64,000 nucleotides of DNA from an uncultured Chloroflexia bacterium. GTDB taxonomy: Bacteria > Chloroflexota > Limnocylindria > Limnocylindrales > CSP1-4. The position numbers and the translations under genes are program-made. Every line of letters begins with the position of its first letter. The first letter of the stretch is position 1. Positions 16,833-27,716 of the stretch are shown here, piece after piece. The notes under the pieces are model-generated. The model saw nothing but the letters and a program-made list of their open reading frames with translations. It searched no databases and was not told the origin of the DNA. The DNA lies in the NCBI GenBank assembly GCA_963707215.1, contig CAVPPB010000001.1:288001-352000 (forward strand), given 5' to 3'.

Positions 16833-19148
16833 GTGGCCGAGCCGACGACCGTGGAGCTGACCTTCCGGAGCGATGCCCGCCCGGACCTGGTCCCCTTCCA
16901 CGAGGACCTCGGCAGCGTCAGCGGCTTCTCCTATGCCGGAGACCTGGCCAGCGAGCTCGCCGCCGGCTCCCTCGATGGTGGAGCGGCGCTCGCCCTCCTC
17001 GATGACATGCTGGCGATCCGCGAACTCGAGGAGATGATCGTCCGCCTGCGATCCGGGGGCTTCGACGCGCTGCCCGGGTTCGACTACCGTGGTCCGACCC
17101 ACGTCTCGATCGGCCAGGAGGGGACGGCCGTCGGCGCGATGGCGGCCCTCCGCCCGGACGACGACATCACGAGCTCGCATCGTGGCCACGGCGACGCCAT
17201 CGCCAAGGGCTTCGCCGCGATCCGCCGGATGTCCGACGACGAGCTCCGGGCGAGGATCCCCGGGACGACGGCCGGGACCCGGGCGGAGCTCCTGGAGGCC
17301 GCCCTCGAGGAACACGTCTATCGGACCGTCGCCGAGCTCTTCGGCAAGGAGGAGGGCTACTGCCGCGGGCGGGGTGGCGGCATGCACATCGGCGACTTCT
17401 CGACCGGCCATCTCGGCGCGAACGCCATCGTCGGGGGCAGCGTGCCCATCGCGACGGGCGCGGCGATGGCCCATCGCTACCACGGCAGCGAGCGGCTGGT
17501 CTGCTGCTTCGCGGGCGACGGCGCGTACGCCAACGGCGTCGTCCTCGAGTCGCTCAACTGGGCGACCCAGCAGCAGTGGACCAACCACTACGCGGGCGAC
17601 CGTCCATTCGGCCTGCCGATCATCTACCTGATCCAGAACAATCACTACGGGATGACCCACCGGACTGACGACGAGGTCATGGGCGTGCGTCACCTCGCCC
17701 GACGCGGAGCCGGCTTCGCCGAGGACGGCATGCACGCAGAGGTCGTCAACGGGATGGACGTCCTGGCCGTCCGGGACGCCGTCGCGCGTGCCGCCGAGCT
17801 GTGCCGCGAGGGACGCGGGCCGGTCCTCATCGAGGCGAGCACCTACCGCTACTACGGTCACTCGCTGTCGGACCCCCGCAACGAGTACCGGACCAGGGAC
17901 GAGGAGGCCGCCTGGCGGGCAGTGGACCCGATCGAGCGCCTCAAGGACCAGCTGGTGACGTCGGGAACCGCCGACGAGGCCGCCATCGAGGAGGTCGAGC
18001 GTGGCGCCCGTGAGCGCAATGCCCGGGCGGCGGTCCGAGCCTCGCAGGGCACCGACCCTGATCCGGCCGACCTGCTGCGCTACATGTACGCGGGCACGGT
18101 CGAGGCGCAGGTCCCGCCGGACGCCCGCCCCGTCGTCACCTTCGCCGAGCCGCCCACCTCCAAGCTCGATGCCGACGGCGCGATCACGTATCGCGATGCC
18201 ATCCGCGAGGCCCTCGTCGAGGAGATGACCCGCGACAGCCGGGTGATCCACTACGGCGAGGACATCGCCGACTACGGGGGCGCCTTCAAGCTGACCAAGG
18301 GGCTCCTGGAGTCGTTCGGGCGTCAGCGGGTCTTCAACACGCCGATCTCGGAGGCAGCGATCTGCGGGACGGCCGTGGGCGCCGCCATCGTCGGGCTCCG
18401 GCCCGTCGTTGAGCTCATGTACATGGACTTCGCCCTGATGGCCTCGGACCAGATCGCCAACCAGGCCGGCAAGTGGCACTTCATGAGCGGCGGCAATCTG
18501 ACGGTGCCGCTCGTGATCCGGGCGTCGGTCGGAGCCGGCAAGGGCTACGGCGGTCAGCACTCTCAGTCCCTGGAGAGCATCTTCACCCACGTCCCCGGCA
18601 TGGTCGTCGTCTACCCCGCGACCCCGGCCGACGCGAAGGGCTTGCTGAAGACCGCGGTCCGATCGGACGATCCGGTCATGTTCGTCGAGAGCCAGGGCCT
18701 CTACCCGACCAAGGGGGTCGTCCCGGAGGGCGAGCACCTGGTGCCCTTCGGACAGGCTCGGATCGCCCGCCAGGGCAGCGATGCCACGATCGTCGCCTGG
18801 GGTCCGGCGGTGCTCGACGCACTGACGGCCGCCGAGCACCTGGCCTCGGAGGACGGCGTCGAAGTCGAGGTCGTCGACCTCCGCAGCCTGGTGCCGCTGG
18901 ACATGGACACGGTGCTCGCGTCGGTACGCAAGACCGGCCGCTGCGTGGTGGCCAGCCAGGCCATCCTGATCGGCAGCTACGTGAACGAGATCGTCGCCCG
19001 GATCCAGATCGAGGCCTTCGACGACCTGGATGCGCCGGTGGGACGGATCGGAGCGGCCAACGGCATCTCGCCCCAGGCCGAGGGCCTGGAGCGGGCCTTC
19101 CTCCCGAACGCCGACGACATCGTCGCCGCCGTCCGCGAGCTGGGCTGA
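16833..19148 (+). CDS. 2-oxoacid/acetoin dehydrogenase E1, fused alpha and beta subunits
   Basis: HVSIGQE, HRGHG, GRGGGMH, GDG...NN, YYGHS, then YGEDI, TPISE, GGQHSQ and DLRSLVPLD. GTG start after AAGGAG. Confidence 0.92.
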   Translation: MAEPTTVELTFRSDARPDLVPFHEDLGSVSGFSYAGDLASELAAGSLDGGAALALLDDMLAIRELEEMIVRLRSGGFDALPGFDYRGPTHVSIGQEGTAVGAMAALRPDDDITSSHRGHGDAIAKGFAAIRRMSDDELRARIPGTTAGTRAELLEAALEEHVYRTVAELFGKEEGYCRGRGGGMHIGDFSTGHLGANAIVGGSVPIATGAAMAHRYHGSERLVCCFAGDGAYANGVVLESLNWATQQQWTNHYAGDRPFGLPIIYLIQNNHYGMTHRTDDEVMGVRHLARRGAGFAEDGMHAEVVNGMDVLAVRDAVARAAELCREGRGPVLIEASTYRYYGHSLSDPRNEYRTRDEEAAWRAVDPIERLKDQLVTSGTADEAAIEEVERGARERNARAAVRASQGTDPDPADLLRYMYAGTVEAQVPPDARPVVTFAEPPTSKLDADGAITYRDAIREALVEEMTRDSRVIHYGEDIADYGGAFKLTKGLLESFGRQRVFNTPISEAAICGTAVGAAIVGLRPVVELMYMDFALMASDQIANQAGKWHFMSGGNLTVPLVIRASVGAGKGYGGQHSQSLESIFTHVPGMVVVYPATPADAKGLLKTAVRSDDPVMFVESQGLYPTKGVVPEGEHLVPFGQARIARQGSDATIVAWGPAVLDALTAAEHLASEDGVEVEVVDLRSLVPLDMDTVLASVRKTGRCVVASQAILIGSYVNEIVARIQIEAFDDLDAPVGRIGAANGISPQAEGLERAFLPNADDIVAAVRELG

Positions 19149-19174
19149 CCGGTCAGCACGACGGAGGACGACCG

Positions 19175-20455
19175 ATGGCGCACCCCATCCTGATGCCGAA
19201 GCCCGGCCAGATGACCGAGGAGTGCGTGCTGACGGTCTGGCACAAGGCAGAGGGCGAGCCGGTCGCCAAGGGCGACATCCTGTTCGAGATCGAGACCGAC
19301 AAGTCGATCATGGACGTCGAGTCGTTCGAGCAGGGGGTCCTCCTCCGGCGGCTCGTCGACGAGGGCGCGACCGTGCCCGTCAACACGGTCTGCGGCTGGG
19401 TGGGCGAGCCCGGCGAAGCCGTGCCGGACGCTCCGCCACCGCCCGTCACGGCCGCGGCTGGAGCCGACGGGACGGCACGGGTCGGGACGAGCGCGGTCGA
19501 GGTGGCACCGAGTGTCGGCTCGTCGGGGCCCGCAGCTGCCGCGAAGCCCGAACCGGCGATCCGGCCAGACCAGGGCGAACGCCTCCGCATCAGCCCCCGG
19601 GCGACCCGGATGGCCGCCGAGGCCGGGCTCGACCCACGGTCGATCACCGGCAGCGGCCCGGGCGGCCGGATCGTCGAGCGCGACGTCGTCGCCGCCATCG
19701 GGACCGGATCCGTCGGGGCCGGCGCCCCTCCCCCGAGCCCGGAGGCCTTCCCCACGGTCGCCGGCGAGGAGCCGCCGCGGCCGCTGAGCCGGATGCGACG
19801 GGTCATCGCAGAGCGCCTGACGCTCAGCGCCACGACCATCCCGTCGTTCACCGTCACCGTGGCGGTCGACGTCAGCCGCCTCCAGGCGATCAGAGCCGAC
19901 CTCAAGTCGCGGGGCACCAGCCTCAGCGTCACCGACTTCGTGCTCCTCGCGACGGCCCAGGCGCTGGCCGACCATCCCGACGTCAACTCGCGGACCGACG
20001 GGACCCAGGTCTGGCCCCGTCGCCGGGTCCACCTCGGCGTGGCGGTCGCCCTCCCCGCCGGGCTGGTCGTCCCGGTGATCCGGGATGCCGACGTGCTGAC
20101 GCTCACCGAGATCCACGACCGGGCGGTCGAGCTCATCGAGCGGGCCCGTGACGGCACGCTGAGCCCCGACGAGATGAGCGGCAGCACGTTCACCGTCTCG
20201 AACCTGGGGATGCACGGTGTCGAGGAGTTCAGCGCCATCATCAACCCCGGCGAGTCCGGGATCCTGGCCGTCTCGAGCGCCGTTCCCTCGGCCGTGGTCG
20301 TGGGTGACGGCGTCGCCGTCCGCTCGATCATGAAGCTGACACTGACGGCCGATCACCGCCTGGTGGACGGCGAACTGGCGGCCCGGTTCCTCAATGCGGT
20401 CCGCAGCCGCCTGGAGGATCCGGGCACGCTGCGGCGGGTGACGGACGGGGCCTAG
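19175..20455 (+). CDS. Dihydrolipoamide acyltransferase (E2)
   Basis: Lipoyl motif EIETDKS, peripheral-subunit motif SPRA...GSGPGGRI and catalytic DHRLVDG. GGAGG RBS. Confidence 0.93.
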   Translation: MAHPILMPKPGQMTEECVLTVWHKAEGEPVAKGDILFEIETDKSIMDVESFEQGVLLRRLVDEGATVPVNTVCGWVGEPGEAVPDAPPPPVTAAAGADGTARVGTSAVEVAPSVGSSGPAAAAKPEPAIRPDQGERLRISPRATRMAAEAGLDPRSITGSGPGGRIVERDVVAAIGTGSVGAGAPPPSPEAFPTVAGEEPPRPLSRMRRVIAERLTLSATTIPSFTVTVAVDVSRLQAIRADLKSRGTSLSVTDFVLLATAQALADHPDVNSRTDGTQVWPRRRVHLGVAVALPAGLVVPVIRDADVLTLTEIHDRAVELIERARDGTLSPDEMSGSTFTVSNLGMHGVEEFSAIINPGESGILAVSSAVPSAVVVGDGVAVRSIMKLTLTADHRLVDGELAARFLNAVRSRLEDPGTLRRVTDGA

Positions 20456-20520
20456 GCGAGGGGCGCGGTCCCAGCGGCGGCCCGAGGTCCCGCAGCGGTC
20501 GAGCTTGCTTCCTCGAGCCT

Positions 20521-21219
20521 TCAGCGACGCGCCAGCAGCCGGCCGACCAGGCCTGCCGTTCGGCGCACCAGGACGAGCATCAGCAGCGCGACGAGCGCCT
20601 GTCGCCAGATCCAGGCCGTCCCGCCTGGGTCGTCCGGCCCGGCGACGATCGGATCCCCGACCGGGCGGAGGCGGACCAGGGGGACCCAGCCGTAGGCCTC
20701 CAGGATCCGCTCATCCGGGTCGTGCCGGGGGTCGACGCCGCCGAGGGCCCCGGGGAGACCGACGGCCCGCACCAGGGCCGGCACGAGCCGGGCCCGGACC
20801 TCAGGATCCAGGACCTCCTCGGCGACCGCGGCGAACGTCCGTCCCGGCAGGGTGACCTCCACCCGCGGGTCCGCCTGGATGTTGCGGAACCACTGGGTCG
20901 CCGGCCCGAATCCTGCGCAGACCCACGGCGCTCCCTCGGCCACGAGGTAGCTCAGCGGGACATCGATGAGCCGCCCGCTCTTGCGCCCGCGGACCCGCAG
21001 CAGGAGCACGTACCCACCGATCGGCGTCGCAAACCACGCGCCGAGGCCGGCCCGCATGATCGGGATGGTGGACCAGCGATTCATCCGGAGGAACAGGTCG
21101 TGCATCCGGCGGCTCGCGTCCGTCGGCTCGGGCGCTGGCGAGAGCGGAGGGAACGGGACGGCTGACTCGACGGCCCGGTCGGCGGTCCGGTGGCTGGTCG
21201 TGGCGGTCGCGGTGTCCAT
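20521..21219 (-). CDS. Deazaflavin (F420)-dependent nitroreductase-family oxidoreductase with C-terminal membrane anchor
   Basis: LLLRVRGRKSG...PL, WFRNIQADPRV and a hydrophobic C-terminus. Start approximate. Confidence 0.8.
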   Translation of the reverse strand: MDTATATTSHRTADRAVESAVPFPPLSPAPEPTDASRRMHDLFLRMNRWSTIPIMRAGLGAWFATPIGGYVLLLRVRGRKSGRLIDVPLSYLVAEGAPWVCAGFGPATQWFRNIQADPRVEVTLPGRTFAAVAEEVLDPEVRARLVPALVRAVGLPGALGGVDPRHDPDERILEAYGWVPLVRLRPVGDPIVAGPDDPGGTAWIWRQALVALLMLVLVRRTAGLVGRLLARR

Positions 21220-21394
21220 GTGGCGAGCGTGGAGCGGGGTGCCGGACCACCGCAAGGTCCGAATGGCGTGTCTCCGCCCCGGCGGGGGGACGCCTGCCCG
21301 ACCCCCGGCGGATGGCGCGAGCCTGCCCTCCGGACCTCCAGCGACCGCCGTTCGGCCCTGCGATGACCCGTCGCCGAAGCGCACCCTGACGCGG

Positions 21395-23671
21395 ATGGCA
21401 GCCGCGGCCGCGCTTCCCTCCCCCGATCTCGAGGCGATCCGACGGGTCGTCGACGCCGCCCGCGCGCAGGGGCGGACGTCCCTCCTCGAGCCCGAGGCGC
21501 TGGCGGTCCTGGAGGCGGCCGGGATCCCGGTCCCGGCCTGGCGGTTCGTGCCGGAAGGGGCGGCCGTCGGGCCGTCCGACCTGGCGGGTCTGCCCGGCGA
21601 CCGATGCGTCGTCCGGGCGGTGGCCCCGGACCTGGCCCACAAGACCGAGGTCGGCGGGGTGGCCATCGTCGACCGGGACGTCGCCGCGGTCGAGGAGGCC
21701 ATGGCGGCCATGGCGGGACGGATCGGCTCCGGGTTGGTCGGGTTCGTCATCGCCGCCTTCGTGGCCCACGACGCCGGGATCGGCGGCGAGCTCCTCGTGG
21801 CCCTGCGCTGGACCGACGACTTCGGCCCGATCGTGGCGGTGGGGGCTGGCGGGGTCGCCGCCGAGGCCCTGGCCGCCGACCTTCGACCGGGTCGCGACCT
21901 GGGCATCGTCGCGCCCGGGGTCACGCCGCCGGACGACGTCGCCGGGGCGCTGCGCGAGGCGACCGCCGCGCGTCTCGCCACGACGCCGCACCGGGGCGCT
22001 CCCGCCCGCCTGCCGGTCGACCGGCTCTTGGGCCTCGTCGAGCGCCTCGCCGTCCTCGGTGCCGCGCTCTCCCCGGCGGACGTCCTCGAGTGCGAGCTGA
22101 ACCCGGTCGCGGTGACGGACGCCGGCCCGGTGGCCCTCGACGTTCTCGTCACGCTCGGCGACGGCAGCGCTCCCGGGCGGGCTCCGCGGCCGATCGACCG
22201 GATCGCCAGGATCCTCGAGCCGGCCTCGATCGCCCTGATCGGCGTTTCGCGGGACATGAACCTGGGTCACACGATCCTCGACAACCTCGTCCGGGCCGGC
22301 TTCCCGCGCGACCGGATCGTCGTCGTCAAGCCCGGGGTCGACGAGCTCGACGGGACCCGCTGCGTCCCCGACATCGCCGCGCTGCCGGCGAAGGTGGACC
22401 TGTTCATCGTGGCCGTGTCCGCGGAGCAGGCTCCCGAGGTCGTCACCGAGGTGATCGAGCGCGGGCTCGCCGAGAGCTTCATCGTCATCCCTTCCGGCTT
22501 CGCCGAGACGGAGGCCGGGCGGATCCGAGCCCGCCGCCTGCGCGGCGCCATCGATGCCGCCCGGGCGAGCCCCGACGGCGGCCCGGTCCTCAACGGCGGC
22601 AACTGCCTCGGCGTGCGCTCCCATCCGGGACGGATCGACACCCTCTTCATCCCGGCCCGCAAGATGCCGCCCGGCGACCAGCCGGTGCCGCTCGCCCTCA
22701 TCACCGGCAGCGGGGCGTTCGCCGTCACCCGGCTGTCGCGGCTCGGCCGTCTCGAGCCCCGCTTCGTCATCACCATCGGCAACCAGATGGACCTCACCGC
22801 CGGTGACTACCTGACCTACCTGCTCGACGATCCCGAGGTCCGCGTCGTCGGCGTCTACCTGGAGGGCTTCGCGCCACTGGACGGCAGTCGCTTCCTGGAG
22901 GCGGCCCGGGCGTTCCGCGATTCGGGCCGGGCGGTCGTCCTCTACCGGGCCGGACGGACAGACGAGGGGGCCCGGGCATCGGCCAGCCATACGGCGTCGA
23001 TCGCCGGTGACGCGGCGGTCGCCCGGACGCTGGCCCGGCAGGCCGGCGTCGCCTGGGCCGAGACGCCCGGCGAGTTCGACGATCTGGTCCGGACCTTCCT
23101 CCTCCTCGACGGCCGCCCGGCCGCCGGCCGCCGCCTCGGCGCGGTCACGAACGCGGGCTCCGAGTGCGTGACCATCTCCGACCACCTGGGGTCCCTGGAG
23201 CTGGCCGACCTCTCGCCGGCCACCCGCCGACGACTCGAGGCGATCGTCGGGCCAACGGGCATCGAGGAAGTCGTGGACGTCCATCACCCCATCGACCTGA
23301 CCCCCATCGGCAACGGGCCGATCTACGAGGCTGTCGCAGGGACCCTCCTCGACGCCGCCGAGGTGGACATCGCCCTGGTCGGGATCGTGCCGGTCACCGA
23401 CACCCTGGAGACGCTGGCGGGCGGCCCTGGCACGGCCGGGAACGGTTCGGACGAGGACCCGGACGCCACCGATGCGGTCGCGCCGCGCCTGGTCCGGCTC
23501 TTCGGCCGGACCCGCAAGCCCTGGGTCGCCGTCGTGGACGCCGGGTCCCTCTACGACCCGTTCGTCCGGGTCCTGGAGGACGGCGGAATCCCGACCTTCA
23601 GCACGGCCGACGCTGCCCTGCGGGCCCTGGCGGCCTTCTGCGACGTGACGATCCGGCGATCCGCCGGTTGA
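21395..23671 (+). CDS. ADP-forming acyl-CoA synthetase (acetate--CoA ligase family), ATP-grasp domain first
   Basis: AHKTEVGGV, FGP and CELNP, then CoA-binding IALIGVS, GGNCLG, phospho-His SHTASIAG and TNAGS. Confidence 0.85.
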   Translation: MAAAAALPSPDLEAIRRVVDAARAQGRTSLLEPEALAVLEAAGIPVPAWRFVPEGAAVGPSDLAGLPGDRCVVRAVAPDLAHKTEVGGVAIVDRDVAAVEEAMAAMAGRIGSGLVGFVIAAFVAHDAGIGGELLVALRWTDDFGPIVAVGAGGVAAEALAADLRPGRDLGIVAPGVTPPDDVAGALREATAARLATTPHRGAPARLPVDRLLGLVERLAVLGAALSPADVLECELNPVAVTDAGPVALDVLVTLGDGSAPGRAPRPIDRIARILEPASIALIGVSRDMNLGHTILDNLVRAGFPRDRIVVVKPGVDELDGTRCVPDIAALPAKVDLFIVAVSAEQAPEVVTEVIERGLAESFIVIPSGFAETEAGRIRARRLRGAIDAARASPDGGPVLNGGNCLGVRSHPGRIDTLFIPARKMPPGDQPVPLALITGSGAFAVTRLSRLGRLEPRFVITIGNQMDLTAGDYLTYLLDDPEVRVVGVYLEGFAPLDGSRFLEAARAFRDSGRAVVLYRAGRTDEGARASASHTASIAGDAAVARTLARQAGVAWAETPGEFDDLVRTFLLLDGRPAAGRRLGAVTNAGSECVTISDHLGSLELADLSPATRRRLEAIVGPTGIEEVVDVHHPIDLTPIGNGPIYEAVAGTLLDAAEVDIALVGIVPVTDTLETLAGGPGTAGNGSDEDPDATDAVAPRLVRLFGRTRKPWVAVVDAGSLYDPFVRVLEDGGIPTFSTADAALRALAAFCDVTIRRSAG

Positions 23672-23698
23672 GGGCCACCGACCGGGCGAGCTTGCCGG

Positions 23699-25021
<1,323 letters not shown>

Positions 25022-25162
25022 CGATGGCTCTCCTTCGCGACGGCGTGACCGCCTCCGGTGGCGGACCACCAGTCTCTCACGGGGCGCCGGTCGGGGTCCG
25101 CAGCGAAGCCCGCGGGCCCGGTGCGACGCAGCCGCGACGCGGCCCGGCGACTACCCGACGGG

Positions 25163-25939
25163 TCAGGCCGGGACCGGTGCGGCGATGGGGTCGATCGACC
25201 CCTCGGCCCGTTCGACGCGATCGCGGATGCCGAGAAGCTGCCGGCGGACCATGAGGAACACGCCGAGACCGAGCATCGGGGCGCCAAGCCGGGTGCCCGG
25301 GCTGTCCTGGTCCATCGAGACCCGGAAGCGCTCGATCAGGCGGGTCCGGCCGCCCGGCAGCGGCTCGAGGACGAATGCCCAGGAGGCGTTGAAGTCGGGG
25401 CTGGTGGCAGTGTCGAGGAACGCTCCGGCGGCCTTGAGATTCGCCGGCATGGCCTCGCTGGAGCCGTCCGGCCCGGACGCGGCCTCCGCCCGGGTCCGGG
25501 CGTTCTCGGCCTGGGCACGGATCGTCTCCGGATCGATGGAGACGACGAGCGCGTTCTCCGGATCGACGGCCCGGACGACGAATTCGCCGTCGGGGTGCGT
25601 GGGCAGCAGGTCGCCGACCGCCAGCTCCTGGTGCTCCGGCAGGATCTCGCTGGCGCTCGTGCCCTTCATGTCGACGGCGTCGTAGCTGTACCACCCGCCT
25701 CGACCGTAGCCCATCTGGACCAGCCAGGGCCAGACCGCCGTCCGTGGGGCATCGATCGTGACGGCACGGGTGTCGACGATGTCGGGATCCGGGACGATCT
25801 CGTCGCCGGGCAGGGCCAAGGCGACTTCGTCCGGGTCGACGCCCCAGTTCCTCCACCAGGGCTCGATCCGCGCCTTGTAGGCGATGAGGGCGCCGGCCGC
25901 CGCAGCGCCGAGGATGATCAGGGGGGTGCGCAAACGCAT
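25163..25939 (-). CDS. SRPBCC/polyketide-cyclase-like hypothetical protein
   Basis: TRAVTIDAP..AVWPWLVQMG.GRGGWYSYD and WAFVLEP...RTRLIER. GGAGG RBS. Confidence 0.75.
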   Translation of the reverse strand: MRLRTPLIILGAAAAGALIAYKARIEPWWRNWGVDPDEVALALPGDEIVPDPDIVDTRAVTIDAPRTAVWPWLVQMGYGRGGWYSYDAVDMKGTSASEILPEHQELAVGDLLPTHPDGEFVVRAVDPENALVVSIDPETIRAQAENARTRAEAASGPDGSSEAMPANLKAAGAFLDTATSPDFNASWAFVLEPLPGGRTRLIERFRVSMDQDSPGTRLGAPMLGLGVFLMVRRQLLGIRDRVERAEGSIDPIAAPVPA

Positions 25940-25987
25940 GTGACTACCTCCAGCAGGCATCCTCCCGCGTCCGCATGCTCGGGAACA

Positions 25988-26001
25988 GGGCCGAGGGTCC
26001 C
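25988..26001. promoter_or_regulatory. DosR/DevR-like box GGGACCCTCGGCCC (minus strand)
   Basis: Matches GGGACnnnnGnCCC about 50 bp upstream of the SRPBCC gene start. Confidence 0.4.
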
Positions 26002-26038
26002 GGCGCGCGCCGTCACGCGGACCGACGTCGCTGCAGGA

Positions 26039-27211
26039 TCAGTGCCACATCATCTCGTACGGGTGCTCGCCGACGAGGCGTCGTCCCGCCGCAAACCGGT
26101 CCAGAGCGTAGGGCGCGAGGTCCACCGTCGACGACCGGCCGTCGAGGATGAGCTCCGCCAGGCTCAGTCCGACGGCCGGGGCGGTCTTGAACCCCGTGCC
26201 CGAGAAGCCACAGGCAAGGATGAAGCCGTCGGGACCTGCCGGGCCGAGGATGGGCCGCTGATCCGGGCTGATCCCGTCCTGGCCGCCGTGCGAGGTGCGG
26301 AACGTCCCGTCGGCCATCCAGGGGACCCGGGCGCAGACGGTGGCCACCATGTCGTCGAGGACCTCGCGCGTCGGCGGCTCCTGCGGTCGGTCGGGCGAGC
26401 CCCCGACGATGTTGCCCGTCTCCAGTCCGACGAGCATGAGGTCGCGACCCTCGGGCCGGAAGTAGACGCCGGCCGCGTGGTCGATGACGATCGGGAAGTC
26501 GGGTCCCTTGCCGGGCGGCAGCCCGAAGTAGGCGGTCTCGTGGCGCCAGGCCTCGACCGGAACGTCCAGGCCGACCGTGCGGGCCAGCTCGGCCGCCCAC
26601 GCGCCGGCGGCATCGACGACGACCGGCGCCTTGAACCGCCCCTGGGCCGTCTCGACTCCACGCACACGCTCGCCGTCGACGAGCACCGCCGTGACCTGGC
26701 TGCGCTGGATCAGCCGGGCACCGAGCCGGCGGGCCGCGGCGATGAACCCGGCTGCGGTGCCGGTCGGATCCGCGTATCCGGACTCGGGCTCGTAGGCAGC
26801 GGCGACGACGTCGTCGGTCACGATCCCCGGGAGCAGGTCGGCCACCTCGTCCGGCCCGATGACCGATGCCGGGACGCCGATCCGCTGGTGCATCGCGACG
26901 TTCGCCCGAAGGGCCTCCGTGGCGCCCGGCGCGACGAGCTGCACGAAGCCGGTGCGCACGAAGCCACAGTCGCCATCCCCCACCCGCTCGGCCCAGTCGC
27001 GGAAGTACGGGTACGACAGCCAGGCGAACCGGGATTCACTCTCGAGGTCGTAGTGCATCCGAACGAAGCCCGACGAGCGGCCGGTCGCCCCGGCAGCGAC
27101 CGACCCGCGCTCGAGCACGGTCACGGAGGCGCCGCGCACGGCGAGATGGAAGGCCAGGCTAGCCCCCTGGACCCCGGCCCCCACGATGATGACGTCCGCC
27201 GTTTCGCCCAT
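26039..27211 (-). CDS. FAD-dependent oxidoreductase, D-amino acid/sarcosine oxidase family
   Basis: IIVGAGVQG, GATGRSSG, DAAGAWA, SPDQRPILG and GFSGTGFK. Confidence 0.9.
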   Translation of the reverse strand: MGETADVIIVGAGVQGASLAFHLAVRGASVTVLERGSVAAGATGRSSGFVRMHYDLESESRFAWLSYPYFRDWAERVGDGDCGFVRTGFVQLVAPGATEALRANVAMHQRIGVPASVIGPDEVADLLPGIVTDDVVAAAYEPESGYADPTGTAAGFIAAARRLGARLIQRSQVTAVLVDGERVRGVETAQGRFKAPVVVDAAGAWAAELARTVGLDVPVEAWRHETAYFGLPPGKGPDFPIVIDHAAGVYFRPEGRDLMLVGLETGNIVGGSPDRPQEPPTREVLDDMVATVCARVPWMADGTFRTSHGGQDGISPDQRPILGPAGPDGFILACGFSGTGFKTAPAVGLSLAELILDGRSSTVDLAPYALDRFAAGRRLVGEHPYEMMWH

Positions 27212-27421
27212 CGGTGACTCCCTGCGGTCGATGCATGCCGGATGATGCCGCATCGGGTCGGTCGCCGGGCGCCACCCACACCCGCGTGAGCGGTGCGTCG
27301 GACCCTCCCGACCGATCGTGACCAGCGACCCTAGGACCGAGCCGATCCCGACCCGATGCTCGGGAAGGTGAGGCCCGGACCGCGATACGTCACCGGGCCG
27401 GCGCGCCGAGGAGGTGAGCGC

Positions 27422-27625
27422 ATGGTCGCGAAGTCAGGTGACCGCATCATCGTCGAGTCCGAGAAGGTCGGGCAGCCCGCCCGCGAGGGCGACATCCTCG
27501 AGGTGATCGAAGCGTCGTATGGCACCCGGTACCGGGTCCGCTGGGATGACGGTCACGAGAGCACGATCCGGCCGAGCGCCGGCAGCGCGCGGTCGGTCCC
27601 GCGCAAGACGCGGCGACCGAAGTAG
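27422..27625 (+). CDS. DUF1918 domain protein
   Basis: AKSGDRIIVES...REGDILEV...YRVRWDDGHESTIRP. GGAGG RBS. Confidence 0.85.
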   Translation: MVAKSGDRIIVESEKVGQPAREGDILEVIEASYGTRYRVRWDDGHESTIRPSAGSARSVPRKTRRPK

Positions 27626-27716
27626 ACGCCATCGACGCTCGCGGATGGCCGGTGCCCATACGCACCACGCCCGGCGCTAGGCTGACGCCCTGCGCCACAC
27701 GATCGGAGGAAGCGAG

